From positions 17,174,001 to 17,238,000 of the forward strand of contig JBHGNT010000006.1 in NCBI GenBank assembly GCA_043228905.1: a DNA stretch of 64,000 bases, written 5' to 3'. The notes under the pieces were generated by a model. It was not told the origin of the DNA and did no database searches. It worked only from the letters and a program-made list of their open reading frames with translations. Made by a program: the position numbers and the translations under genes. Shown piece after piece: positions 12,084-24,379 of this stretch. This DNA comes from Azolla caroliniana (lineage: Eukaryota; Plantae; Polypodiophyta). Position 1 is the stretch's first letter, and every line of letters starts with the position of its first letter.

Positions 12084-14997
12084 TTAAGATGTCGAGGATG
12101 CTTTCGGGGTCCGGGGTGGTGGCAGGGTGGTCTGGTTGGACTGTCGGTGCGGGGGTTGAGTTTGGTCCGGGGGTGGCATATCTTCTCGGGCATCCGCCTC
12201 GGGTGCGGCCGATTCTTCTGGTGGGGGTGTGGATTCGTGGGCGCTGACCTCTCCTTCGACAGGCTCTGGTACCGTGTGGGCGTCCAAGGGATGTCTGTTG
12301 GTCGAGGCAAGTTCCTCCTGTGCCGTGTCTGTGATCGCCTTGCTGGGAGGTTCTTCTTTCTGCTCAGTTGCCGTTGGAGGGCTGGTGGGGATGGCTGCGA
12401 GTCGTTCTCCTTCGAAGGCTTCTGCTTCCAAGCGAAATAGCATCTGACCGTCATTGAAGTCCTCCATTATTTGCTCGATTGCCGCGATGTGAGATTTTGC
12501 CAGGGACTGGTAATCCTCGGTTAAATCTGCACGCAGGTTTTGAATACTGGCTTCATCCATTTTGTAGAAGCCACGACCCTCCTTCCGTCGGTTCTCGGCG
12601 TCGGCGCGTAAAATATGCAATTCGGCAGCTTGGGCTGCCCATTCGTCTCCTGCGCGACTTAATGTTTCCTCGACCTTTTTGGTAAGGTGCTAGCGCTGTT
12701 TCTCGAGCAGTATGCGGATGCATGTCTCATCCATGTCGGGCTGTGCTCGGATGGTTGCTAATTCCTGTTTTAAGCCGTCGACCTCGGCCTGAATCTTCTG
12801 TGTCCTTAGCTCATAGATGGTCTGACTGTTCTTTGCATCCACGGTTACGAGCTGGAGAGCCTGCTCGTAACGCTTGGTGAGTTCTTCGGTGGCCTGCTCC
12901 CGTTCTCCGCGTTCATCCTCTCCTCCCGTTGGCGATTTCTTTCCTCCTGCCGCTGGTTCCAGTCTTTTGCATTGTCGAGCGCGGCCTGTAGGTCTAGAAC
13001 CTCCTTCTCTTTCTTCACCACTGTGGCTGCGTATTCCTCCAGCTTGCTTTTGAGTTCGGTTTCCTTGGCCGCGGCTTGCGCTTGTACCCGGCCCAGTGCT
13101 TCGTTCTGCTCGTGTATCCTTTTGTCGGCCTGGGCTCTTATCTCGGCCATCTGCTTGGAAGCTTCTTCTTTTAGGCGAGCCATCGCCTCTTGATGCCATT
13201 GCTCGTGTCTCTCGGTTCGCCGTTGTTCTTCTTTAAGCTCCGCACGGTAATCCCGGAGCGGACGTTCTGTCTAGGTTGCCACTTCCTTGGTTGCACGAGG
13301 TGCGGGTAATTCGGTTAGCTCCACGGCCGTGGCCGCCTTGGTTGTTGTGCAGGCATCGACCATTTGTAACGAGTCCGTTTGTGTACTGGCCTGCACCTTC
13401 AGGATGGAGTCGGTGATGGTGCTTTCATCCATCATTGTTATGCGTGGAGGCGCTTGGAGGGCCTCGGTGGTCGTTACCGGAAGGCTCGGGACTTGTTGTT
13501 CCGGCCGGTTTTGCTCCCAGGTTGCGAGCTTCTGGTTCGCAGCGTGCCATATTTCTGTAGCCATCTTAGCCTGTTTTTGGGCTACTTTTATCTTTCGGGC
13601 CATGTCTTTGGCTGCCCGCGTAGTGCAATCCAGGTCCCGATATGCCTCGATAAGGGCCGTGTTCAACTAGGGGACTTCCATGAGGAGAGCAGCCTGTTTT
13701 GCCTGCTTCTTCCTCTCGATTTTTTGTAAAGCACTGTCCTCCTGGGGCTCAATTTCACCTATTAGCGCGCGTTCAATCATTTTTGTTTCGGCGTGCTCTT
13801 CCGCCATTCGAGCGGCTACCGCGACTTGGGCTCTGGCGAGGAAGTCGACCAGCTCGAATGCTGTACCGAGGCGTAGGAGCGCACTAAATTCGTAAGGCTC
13901 CGCAGGGAGGTCCTTATACCCGAGGATTTCATCCTCCGAGATTTGCATTTTCTGCCCATGCTCGATCGTTCCCTGGTTCAGCGATGCCTCCGTAGGGGTG
14001 ATGGCCAGGTTGCTCTGTCTGACCACTAAGGCTTGCTCCTGATGTGGCTCCTTCTGTTCTTCCGAGAACTCGCGGTTGAGTCGTCTTCTTTTGCTTGGCT
14101 GTGTTTGGGGTTCCGGGGCCGGTAGTGTCGTTTCCTCTGCCTGCTTCCTTTTATGGGGTCGTGGTGGTGTAGCCTGCTATGCGTTGGGGCGTGGGCTAGG
14201 TCCTGGGGACGTTACCGAGGGGCGCGACGTTGGCTGTCGAATGGTGATGTCATCAGCCGTGTTGTCTTCCGCGACTACCTCCCCCTCCCATTCTTGGTAG
14301 GTCTCAGAAACTACCCTTTTTTGTTGGGGTTGGGCGGGTGGTGGTGCAGATGCGGTTTTCTGGTCGGCGGCAGGGGGTGAAGGCGATTTGGGCTCCTCCC
14401 ATGCTTCGTGGCTGATGGCCACGAATTTCTCTCTCTACCTTCGTGGTGGTGGTGGGGACGTGAGTGCGCGAGGGGAAGGAAGCGAAGAGGGTGGGTATAG
14501 CACCATCAAAAAGTGGGTAAGAACAGACAACATCTTCTTACCGGACTGAAATGAAGCTAAGGTGGCGTGGAGTCCCTCGCCTGTGATGATTCCCCAATCG
14601 ATTCTGTTTCCTTCGTAAGCGCTGATGATGATGGCTGCCTTGTTCTGCGGCATGCTCGTTGATTTCGTATGCACGAACGCATACTCCATCAATATACGAG
14701 CAATCTCCCCGAAAGCTTTGTTGGGCCCGCCATATGTGCGATATGCCTTCCCTGAGGCTGAGTACTCACCGAAGTACGCCTTCATCTTTGATGCCGGGGG
14801 TATGTCGACCTCATGGTCCCCTCCCCGTTGCAGGTCCAAAACAACCCGAAGCATTTGTTGGTGATGGCTTCGGGACTTATACGTTTAGCCACAGTTTGGG
14901 CATCTGGGTGCGCGGGGGCATCGATGATCTTCAGGTAACCGCCCATTCCCTGTTCCTGGAGCCAGGCGTGGGTTTCTGTTGAGGCAGTAAGAGGCAT
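12084..14997 (-). pseudogene. Extra ORF (ORF3) of E: globular N-terminal domain, Pro-rich linker, long coiled coil; disrupted
   Basis: Fragments 14435..14854, 13667..14026, 13271..13666, 12845..13183 and 12084..12620 are colinear with F ORF3. Confidence 0.8.
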
Positions 14998-15455
14998 GGT
15001 GGAGATGGAGGCTGGGTTCGACTGTGTGGAAGCGTGAAGCAAAGTGATGAGGCGAGGGCGAGTCACAGGAGGAACAGCAGGAAGGGGAAGTCCAGCAGAG
15101 AGGTTATGAAAGCGAAAGAGGGTTTGAGAGCAAGAGCGCTTAGCGTGATGAGGGCGAGATGGGGTTTCTGATCTTGAGAGCAATGGAGATGGAGAGCAAT
15201 AATGGTCTGTGTTGCATTTTGGAAACGGTTTTAGTAACTTATTCCTAGGGTTTTGTGCCTGCAGCGAATCCTGAAGATTCTGAGTCGTGGGTGCCATATT
15301 AAGTGACTAGCACCACGTGTCCTGAAGGTGAGTGGGGTGCTTCTAGTGCTTTGCATGTGGTTTGCATGTGTGAACAGCTTAAATAGGTTCTAACTAAGTG
15401 GTGGCGAGGGGTGCTCCTAAAATTGTGGGTGCCTAGGTGGGTGGTGTAGGTGTAA

Positions 15456-16063
15456 CTAAACAGTGGCTAAACTATGGTTAATCCTACCTACTACTACTTT
15501 TATTAATTTCAAGAAGGTGGGTGAGTCCTTATTCAGGGGGACACGTGGCGTCCTCCGTGGTGATCTCCCGAGTCTCGTTGGTGCCGTGTGGTTCGGTAAA
15601 CGGCTTGGGTGGTGTAGTCCCTCGATATGGTCTAAGTCGAAAACCATTGGCCCAGCTTTTGACCATGTCGCTGGCGAGTGTGCCGAGCTGGAACGTCCCG
15701 TTGAACTCATCGATAATCCAGAATGGACCGGTCCACCAAAATCTTAATTTCCCCGGCATTGACCCGAGTCGTGTTTGGAAAAGAAGAACTGGTTTGCCGA
15801 TGGTGAGCTCCTTCTCCAGCCCATGTCGATGTCAATCTACGAAAGCCTTGTGTTGCCGTTGGCGTTGTTCGAGCTGAGCCATACTCTCTATCCTATCTTC
15901 TCCGAGTTTGAGGAGTTGTTCCAGCCGGTATTGCTCGGATTCGGCCTCGGGGAGCCATGCTTTGACTTGAACTCGTAGGCTCGGGACTTGGAACTCGACG
16001 GGCATTACGGCTTCTAACCCGAATGCCATTCGAAAGGGGGTCGATTGTATGCTTGTTTTGAAA
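15456..16063 (-). pseudogene. Integrase C-terminal remnant of E
   Basis: MAFGLEAVMPVEF and GKLRFWWTGPF (GPY/F motif). Confidence 0.88.
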
Positions 16064-16066
16064 TTG

Positions 16067-16523
16067 TGTTACCCGTTCCTTTGGGTGAACACCTTCGATA
16101 GATCTGCGTCTATCGGTCTTCAAGGGCGTGGTACGTGAAGGCTCGTACAGAGGCGTCGAGAGAGATACAGGGCTCAGAGAGAAAACACTAGCGAGGTTTT
16201 GATAGACGTGGCGGCGTGAAACTCATAGGTATAGATCAAACCACAGACTAATGCAGCGCAAATATGAACAATTAAGATATATTACTATGGCAGAAAAGGG
16301 TTACAGAACAGGGCCTATGGCCGGTGACCTTAAGAGTTTATCTAATTACGAATGACTAAGCTAGTGCTTCCGCCTATATTTTTTTCTCCCCTCTTTTCTA
16401 AGGTACTTCTCCTCGTTTAAATAACTTTTCCCCTAACACACAGTCGAGCCATCGGTGGCCCATGATACTCGGACTCGGCGTTTGCTAATTTCCTAATTTT
16501 ACATTTCTGTCCTCTGGACAACA
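16067..16523 (-). repeat. 5' LTR of E
   Basis: TG..CA termini; TATA-like TTATTTAAA and CT-rich downstream region on the minus strand. Confidence 0.93.
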
Positions 16524-17354
16524 AGGATCTCACCAACCAAGTAGAAGGACGGGCACTAAGGAATAAAACAACTTCGGCGGTTTGTAAGTTTCTCCTTGAA
16601 GATGTTATTTGTCGATATGGATGCGTCGGCAAAATAGTGGCCGATAGGGGAGAATTAGATGCGAATGAAGTTAAAGAGTTCTTTTTAAGAATAAGCGTCA
16701 AATTATCACTCACCATGGCATACAACCCGGACGCAAATGGGAAGGTGGAACGAGGACATAGTCCAATTGTAAAAGCTCTAGCAAAGACTTGCAATGGCAA
16801 GATGGGAAATTGGCCACGATTACTACCTTATGCATTGTGGGCAGATAGAACTACACATAGCACGACTACGGGATATATGCCCGCCGAACTCATATTAGGA
16901 CAAAAAGCAATAATGCCTATTGAGCAAAGTGTTGCTTCGTGGACATTTTTGCCATGGCAAGAGGAAATGACTCGGGAAGACTTGCTAGCCACGAGGATTC
17001 AACAGTTAGAACGAAGGCCCGAAGATGTCGAGTTGGCAATAGAACGGTTGCGCCAAGCTCGATTGAAGAACAAGGAGAAAAATTGAAGAAGGAGATTGGG
17101 TTCTTGTCTATGATAGTAGACTCGATAATCATTATAGCACTGCTCGAAAGTTTGCAAAATGATGGTTTGGCCCGTATATGGTCAAGAAAATAGAAAGCAA
17201 TGCAACCTATTTTTTAGCGGAGTTAGATGGAACTCGACTTGCTTTGCCAATAGCAGGGAAGAGGATCAAGATCTTTAAGAGAAGAGAGGCACCAAATCTT
17301 GAGATCGAAGCTCTAGATGATGTATCCTCGAACATCGAGGTTGAAGAAGAGTAA
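16524..17354 (+). pseudogene. C pol part 2 (integrase core and C-terminus)
   Basis: ADRGE..AYNPDANGKVERG..LPYALWADRTT; frame ARED|LTNQ continues across E; no chromodomain evident. Confidence 0.9.
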
Positions 17355-17420
17355 TTAAAAAAGAGGAACCTCACCACAATTGGCACATACCGATGGATGT
17401 GCAGGTTTGGTGGGGGTGAA

Positions 17421-18956
17421 TGTCGTGTGGTTTTTCACACACGATATGAAAAATAGTAAAATAATTATTTACGATTAGCTTAATATCTTGATATGGAACA
17501 ATAGATGTGTTCAAGAGCTTCATAACGTATTTTACTACGCATAAAACGGATAAACAAGTATCAAGTTATGTGAGTGTGAAGTTTGAAGAAAAGAAAAGAA
17601 AAGAAAAGACAAAACTGTGAAATATCCCACATAGATAGGACAACATTGGAACCCAGAATATATAAGGCAAACCAAAACATATCCATTCTATCAATGTGTG
17701 GAGCACAGAATGTTCAAGGTGACTTGGCCTACATTGTGTGGTGTGCATGCTTTGGGCATACACGTCCACGATTGGGCATACGCGCGTGTGCATAGCCGCG
17801 TAGACGTTTTCGAACGTACGCGCGCATGGACGTCTTCGGATGTACGCGTGGATGTTTCAGACGGACGCGTATGTGCGGATGAGCGCGCGGATGCGTGTGT
17901 GTGTACGCGCGCATGCGTGGATGCGTACACTACGGCGCAGTTGAGATTTTTGGGTGTGGATGCGTACACGGTGCGGGTTGGACGCGCGCGCGCGTGGATA
18001 CGTACATTATGCAGTTGGGACTTTTGCAGTCGAGATTTTTGCGCGCGGATGCATACACAGTGCGGGTTGGACACACGTGTGCGTGGATACGCGCGCATGC
18101 GTGGATGCGTACACTACGGCGCAGTTGAGATTTTTGGGCGCGGATGCGTACACGGTGTGGGTTGGACGCGCGCGCGCGTGGATACGTACATTATGCAGTT
18201 GGGACTTTTGCGGTCGAGATTTTTGCGCGCAGATGCATACACAGTGCGGGTTGGACACACGTGTGCGTGGATGCGTACATTACGCAGTCGGGACTTTTGC
18301 GCGCGGACGCGTCTATGGTTTGGTTGCGACGCACGTACGGATTGCGCACGGGCTAAACTTTATGGATGATTGTGTCATTTGGCCGAATTATACAGACAAT
18401 CGCATGCAACCAAAAGCCAAGGCCATGCAACTAAAAGTTAAAGGCATGCAACTAAAAGCAGAGGCCATGCAACAAAAATTAGAGACCATCCAACTAAACG
18501 TGGGCATGCAAAGTAACATTGGGGAAGAGGATCAACAAGGAGCTCGATATATGTCCCATTTTCTCTCTCCTAGTTTTTTTTTTTTTCTTCCTTCTTCTTT
18601 TCTCTCGGATTCGAGAAACAAATTATCTCACATATTGATATCAAACTCCTAGCTTTGTTTACTCGATTTTTCTAGTGAAAAATTATCTCTCGTATTCATA
18701 TCGAACCACTCCTTGCATGGTTGTTGGCTCCTTTCTTTGAAAAATTGATCTCTCATTTCCATACCCAACCCATTGTAACACGATTCTGAAATTATAAAGA
18801 ATCAATTGTCTTTTGCAATAAACTAATGATTTGTTTCTCCCACTTGTCTTATGCTTAAAACTTGCTTGTGTTGTAGGTGTTGCACTAAATCCTTTTAGTC
18901 CAGAACCCCGGAGGTTCCGTCTCACGATCCGCACATAGTGACGGATTTTCACGACA
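17421..18956 (+). repeat. 3' LTR of C (1536 bp), preceded by G-rich PPT TTTGGTGGGGGTGAA
   Basis: TGTCGTG..CACGACA termini. Confidence 0.92.
17890..18310. repeat. CG/CA-alternating tandem array (184-bp unit x2 plus sub-repeats) in the C 3' LTR
   Basis: GCATGCGTGGATGCGTACACTACGG at 17911 and 18095. Confidence 0.88.
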
Positions 18957-20924
18957 ACGTTCTACCACATTTGGATCTCGCATTACGCCCATATCGCGGA
19001 GCCACTCTACGGGTTGTTGAAGAAAGGGCGCAAGTTCGAGTGGGGCGGGGAGCATGCGGAGTCAGTCCGGAAAATGAAAGAAGCGCTTGCCGCGGCACTG
19101 GCACTCCGGAAAATGGTCTACGGTAAACATGTTCCAATTTATGTAACCGTAGACACGACTCCGACCGGAATCAGATGGGTGATCAACCAGGAGGATGAAA
19201 ACGGCATGAGGTTCCCCATCCGGCTCAGTGCGAAAGTACTTAGCGAGCGACATCAAGGATACGCCCAAGTTAAACGCGAACTCTAGGGTATCGTTTCGGC
19301 GGTCAAGGCCGACTAAGACTACCTGATAGGGACAGAGGTAATAATAGAGACGGACTGCCTACCGATTCTCGTATGGTTTCGGATGTGCGACGCCAGACCT
19401 GGCAATGCTCAGATGGATAGCGTACATTAAGTCCCTGAATCCGGAGATACGGCACATCTCCGAGAAGGACAACGTCATGGCCGACATGCTTTCGAGAGCA
19501 AGGTTTGATGACGAGGGCGGCATGGTTTCAAGTGACGAGGAAGTCGGCGTGGACTTCTTCGAGACGGCTCACGTGACGACGAGAAAGGGGAGCACTCTGG
19601 CGCTTAATGAGTTCGATGAGAGCAAGTACGACGGGGAGTGGCTCCAGATCGATGGGTTCCTGAAAACGATGACGCCGGACACGGCGTGGACAAAGGAAGA
19701 GGCTAACCGAATCCAGAAGAAAGCGTACCGATTCTTCCTACGGGACGGAAGCATATGGAAGCACCCGAGGAAGCGAAACGACGTCCAACTCCGGGTAGTG
19801 GCAAGGAAGGAAGAGCAGGAAGCATTGCTAAGGGCGTACCACGAGAGTCCTTGGGCCAGACATCGGGGGACATGAGGTAGTTCGAGAAGCTGAAGGAGAA
19901 GTACCGGTAGTCGGGACTGTACAGGGACGTGCATCGGTTCATAACGACTTGCGAAAGCTATTAGATGCATTCCATAGTCCGACATCGAGACTAGCTGCAC
20001 CCGACTTACCCGCCGACTGTGCTCTTCAAGTGGATCGTGGATCTGCTGACAATGTCGATGGGGGTAGGGCAGATGTGATACCTGGTGCTAGCACAAGAAG
20101 ACCTGACGAACCAGGTGGAGGGCCGAGCGTTACCGAACAAGACGATCGCGGCCATGTGCTAGTTCCTGATCGAAGAGGTGGTATGTCGGTACAGGTGTGT
20201 AGGGAAGATCGTAGCGGACCATGGACAACTGGATGCATAAGAGGCCGAAGAGTTGTTTGATCGGTTAGGGGTTAAACTCTCGCTCACCACGGCGTACAAT
20301 ACGGAGGCAAACGGGAAGGTGGAACGTGGACATGGGCCAATTGTAAAGGCGTTGGTACAGGCATGTGAAGGCCAAGTCGAGAATTGGCCGTAGCTTCTAC
20401 CTTACGCATTGTGGACGGACCGAACTACGCACAATTCGGTAACCGAGTTCATGCAGGCAGAGCTGATGTACGGGCAAAAGCCGATCATGCCGATTGAGCA
20501 AACGATTTCCTCATGGGCGGCAGTGGACTTGAGCGAAGACTGGAGAACGTGGAACGAGCAACGGCGAAGCTGCGTGCGGCAAGGACAAAGAACAAAGGGT
20601 GATTCGACTGGACTCACCAACTACGATCGAAGAAAATTGAGGAAGGTGACTGGGTTCTGGTCTACGACAGCAGCCTCGATAACCAACACAAGGCGATGCG
20701 GAAATTTGCGAGGAGGTGGTTTCGGGCATTACCCGGTGACAAATGCCAACGACAATGGCACCTACCATTTCGCGGAGCTTGACGGAACAAGAATAGTTGT
20801 GCCAGTGGCCGGGAAGAGAATCAAGACGTTCAAGAAGCAGCACGAGGACGAACCGGACCCAGACGACATGGATAGCGACGGCGACCAATTCGGAGTGGAT
20901 GACGATCTGGAGATCGTAAGATAA
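18957..20924 (+). pseudogene. B pol part 2 (RT thumb, RNase H, integrase)
   Basis: VDTTPTG, MLRWIAYIKSLNPE, YHESPWARHRG, WTDRTT. Confidence 0.9.
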
Positions 20925-20980
20925 GCGTGGGCCAGTCTTCTCCGGCAAAGGTCTATTCTGGCGCATACCGGTGGATGCAT

Positions 20981-22372
20981 TGTCATGAAGATCCATCACT
21001 ATGTGCGGACCGTGAGGCGGTACCGACGGAGTTCTTGACCGGAAGGACTCGAAGTACGCACTAGCTTTAGCAAGAAAGGATTTAAGATTGATTGAGAGAG
21101 AGATTGAGATAGGATAGAACGCTTGACTTTAGATTGAGAGAGATTAAGATTGAACTCTTGACTTTAGATTTGAAGAACAAGATTGATACATCAATTGGAT
21201 AACGAATTTCTTCTTATTAAATTCTTGAATCATCCATAGCCTTTTTTTTCTTTTTCATCTACTCTTTTATAGATGCCCCCATGCATATGATGCATGGGGA
21301 GTACAAGACATGCATAAAATGCATGATGCATGTTTGTCATTTGGTGCTCATGCGTTACATGTGATGCACGATAATCATGTCACTCATTTAAGCTGTCATA
21401 TGAGAATTTTCAAGTAAAACTATATAACTAGTAAGTATATTGGCTTACTGGTAAGTATATTGTTTTCTATCTTGGAGATGCAAGGTTCAAGTCTTGCTTA
21501 CATCCCTTTTAAAGCACAAAATACTATTAGGCTTTTGGACTAAATATGTTTAAAACACCATGCATCGTGATTAACCGACCTGACCGATCCGTCCGATTTG
21601 CATCCGTTTGGTCTGGCCCGGTTCGGTCCGCATCCCGAGGTCGCCAAGTCTTGCTTACATTCCTTTTAAAGCACAAAATACTATTAGGCATTTGGACCAA
21701 ATATCTTTAAAACACCATGCACCGCAATCAACCGATCCGTCTAATTTGCATCCGTTCGGTCTGGCCCGGTTTGGTCCGCATTGAGGTTGTCGGATGTCGG
21801 TCATTGGTCGTCGGATGCCAGTAACCGGGTTTGCCGACACCGGTTGGTCACCGATTGCCGGTTGCCGGTTCCGTCGTCGGCCGATCGCCAAATGCCGGTT
21901 CCATCGCCGATTGACGCATCCTGAGCCCGTTCGGTCTGCATCCCGATCACCGATCGCCGGTTCTGTCGCCGTCCAAAACAAGTGAACTTGGCTACATGCA
22001 TTCGTTAGCTCATTCAATTCATCCTTTCTATTCTCCACACATAAACAAAGATAATAGCTTTTTCTCTACCTTATATATGGTGAGATTCTTATTTGTCCTG
22101 TCTATGTGGGACATCTCGCAATTTTTTATTTTCTCTTTTTCTTTGCAAACTTCATACCCACATAACTTGACACTTAGATGTCCGTTTGTTATGTAGCAAA
22201 GTGCATTCAAAAGCTCTTCAAGACCTCCATCCTCCATCTTTTTGTACCAAGATATTAAACTTATTTAAAATAGTATCTTCACTATTATTGTTTTGTATTT
22301 TGTGAGAAGAACCACACTCGATTTCGTATGTTCCTCACAAGTTTCACACTATCGCCGAAAATCTTCACGACA
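20981..22372 (-). mobile_element. Solo LTR H, related to family C LTRs, inserted just 5' of the B PPT
   Basis: Inverted termini TGTCATGAAGAT..ATCTTCACGACA; minus strand of 22030-22320 resembles the start of the C LTR; host motif CCGGTGGAT|GTGCGGTTAGG rejoins across it. Confidence 0.8.
21488..21790. repeat. ~157-bp imperfect tandem duplication within H
   Basis: CAAGTCTTGCTTACAT..AAAGCACAAAATACTATTAGGC at 21488 and 21645. Confidence 0.85.
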
Positions 22373-22393
22373 GTGCGGTTAGGTGGGGGCGGA

Positions 22394-23047
22394 TGTCGTG
22401 GAGAAAACCGTCCCTAGGAGGAATCAGTGAATAGAGAGCGTGAACCGGCCCTTGCACGCGGACACAAGTATTGATGAGGAGTATATAATTGGGGATAGGC
22501 CGACTAATGTAAACATACTAGGTAGGAAAGGTTTATTGCATGGGAAATCGATGCGTATCTCTGTCCGAAGGGACAGAGAATAAAGGTGATGTGACCACGG
22601 GGTAATGGTCCCTCCCCAGAGGCCTATAAAAGGGAAGGGAAGAAGATAGAGAAGGGATTGCGTTGTGGAGGACGAAGTGCTGTCGGACTGGGACTGAGCT
22701 CTTCTCCTCTGCCTTTCATCGTTCTCTGCAAGTTTTGGGAGGCTACCTCTGCTTCGTGGAAAGCCCGAGTGCTTCCAGCAGAGACTCCATCTCACGTTGT
22801 CTGTGTGCATTGTGTGAGTTGGTGTCAACGTGTTGATGCTTACCAGCTAGCCAGTTGTAACCTTGATCGTATATATATATATATATGCCTTATTCGTTGT
22901 TCGATCTTCGTTGTGAGTTCTCTGTGTATTTGTGTGTGTGGCTCCGCCGTGGTTTCATATCGCTCCTTCGTCTATCTGGTTGTTCCTCGGTTCAGGGTCC
23001 CTGCAGTCCCGCCTTGGTTTCTCTTGCGCATGCAGAATAATACGACA
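22394..23047 (+). repeat. 3' LTR of B
   Basis: TGTCGTGG..TACGACA after the PPT; homologous to the D LTRs; TATA CCTATAAAA near 22623. Confidence 0.88.
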
Positions 23048-23752
23048 CCGGGAAGTCTTCGCGTGTCGGCTCTAGCGCTACCTCATTTGTTCCTTTCACA
23101 AAGCTCCAATATCCATGCCCCAACAGGTACTAGTGCATCTTGTATGACCAGGACGCATAGTTGCTCCGGTCGAGCTTCTCTGTTGGAAGTGAACTTGTCA
23201 TTCCTCTATCCATATCTTCTCTCTGTCTGTTGTCACCGGGTGGGTTCTAGGGTTCGCCTACGAAAGCAAGTGTCGGTTGTAGAGGTTCTCAACCCTCACG
23301 CTCTAATACCATGTAAATGTTAATGTGCGGAAGCATGTAGAAAAAACCGACTCAGCCAGATAGCAACAGAGAATAAGATGAAGGTTTAATGCAGAAGCTT
23401 AATACACAAAGATTATACGCGGGAGAGACAGAGAGAGTAGAACGTAAACATAGATTCAAAATAATATTAAAAACACTCTGTAACTCTGTACATAGAATGT
23501 GCTCAACAACACTATTTATACAAGTCCTCAAAAGGACTGACAGAAGTACTATGTACTTCAATGCTCATACGAGCAACAGACACTAACTACGAGACAATGA
23601 TTACCTAGTAGTCTAGGCTACTACTAGGCTTCCGGTTCCCGCTCAAATCCGGCTCTCCGATATGGTCGGTTGTATCCGGATACCATCCGGATACCGATCC
23701 GGCTCTGGCTTTTTGAACCGATTCGGATCTAGTTGACCTTGTTTGCTCCATA
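23048..23752 (-). mobile_element. Copia 5' end (gag start, tRNA-iMet PBS 23300-23311, 5' LTR 23312-23752); probably the 5' end of A0
   Basis: Minus strand TGGTATTAGAGC adjacent to the LTR; gag SYKM..LLGHGYWSFV as in element I; the LTR interrupts G RT. Confidence 0.8.
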
Positions 23753-23814
23753 CTTGTTTTACCGGTCCGATGAAACCGACTCTCAGAAGCTTATCGATTT
23801 CCTCTTTAACTTTT

Positions 23815-24270
23815 TGTTACCCGTTCCTTTGGGTGAACACCTTCGATAGATCTGCGACTATTGGTATTCAAGGGCGTGGTACGTGAAGGCTCGTAACAGA
23901 GACATCGAGAGAGAGACAGGGTTCAGAGAGAAAACACTAGCGGGGTCTTGATAGATGTGGCGGCGTTGAACTCATAGGTATGGATCAAAGCACAGACTCA
24001 TGGAGAAAAATGGGCACAAATCAAATCTATTAATATGACAGAAAAAGATTACAGAACGCGGCCTATGGCCGGTGACCTTACAAGTTTATCTAGTTACGAT
24101 GGCCTAAGCTAGTGCTTCCGCCTATAGTTTTCGTCTCCCCCTCTCTGAGGTACTGGTCCTCGTTTAAATAACTTTTCCCATAATACACAGCCGAGCCGTC
24201 GGTGGCCCGTGATACTCGGACTCAGCGTTTGCTAATTTCCTAATTTTACATTTCTGTCCTCTGGACAACA
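23815..24270 (-). repeat. 3' LTR of F
   Basis: Direct repeat of 33199-33653. Confidence 0.94.
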
Positions 24271-24272
24271 CC

Positions 24273-24315
24273 TGGCACGCCCGTGGAACAAGACCTTGTC
24301 CGTCGGACCCACGAC
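24273..24315 (-). other. tRNA-Arg 3'-half mimic ending in CCA at the PPT position of F
   Basis: Minus strand GTCGTGGGTCCGACGGACAAGGTCTTGTTCCACGGGCGTGCCA-GG-LTR; same motif as in E with two transitions. Confidence 0.75.
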
Positions 24316-24379
24316 TTACAAAATACTAACAATATTACAAAAATTGCCTTTTAGGCGTGATCCTCGTTTCATTCCTCCT

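Larger units (their letters stand above)
11540..16523 (-). mobile_element. Gypsy element E, internal-deletion derivative of family F, inserted in C integrase
   Basis: LTRs TGTTACCC..GGACAACA at both ends; perfect 5-bp TSD AGGAT (11535-39, 16524-28); internal region colinear with F 24271-28486. Confidence 0.95.
5570..18956 (+). mobile_element. Gypsy element C, full-length but degenerate, inserted in B RT; contains E
   Basis: Two LTRs TGTCGTG..CACGA(C/G)A, tRNA-Trp PBS, gag-PR-RT-RH-INT, PPT; 4-bp flanks GCGT/ACGT. Confidence 0.93.
2748..23047 (+). mobile_element. Gypsy element B (same family as D), 5'-truncated, interrupted by C (5570-18956) and H (20981-22372)
   Basis: Colinear with D: gag, PR (DHGSKINL), RT (PFLDD), RH, INT, PPT AGGTGGGGGCGGA and 3' LTR. 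The RT sequence FLGASA|FYHIW resumes across C. Confidence 0.9.

Noticed and set aside
17566-18652. Long overlapping ORFs in the C LTRs (also 5710-6392)
   Set aside because: Stop-poor CG/CA repeats give ORFs in all frames with no protein motifs.
22658-23323. 221-aa plus-strand ORF
   Set aside because: It spans the B LTR and the antisense of a Copia gag start; a chance chimera.
1248-23752. Pairing LTR 1248-1718 with LTR 23312-23752 as one element
   Set aside because: The LTRs are too divergent, the flanks differ (GATGC vs CTTGT) and the hosts differ.
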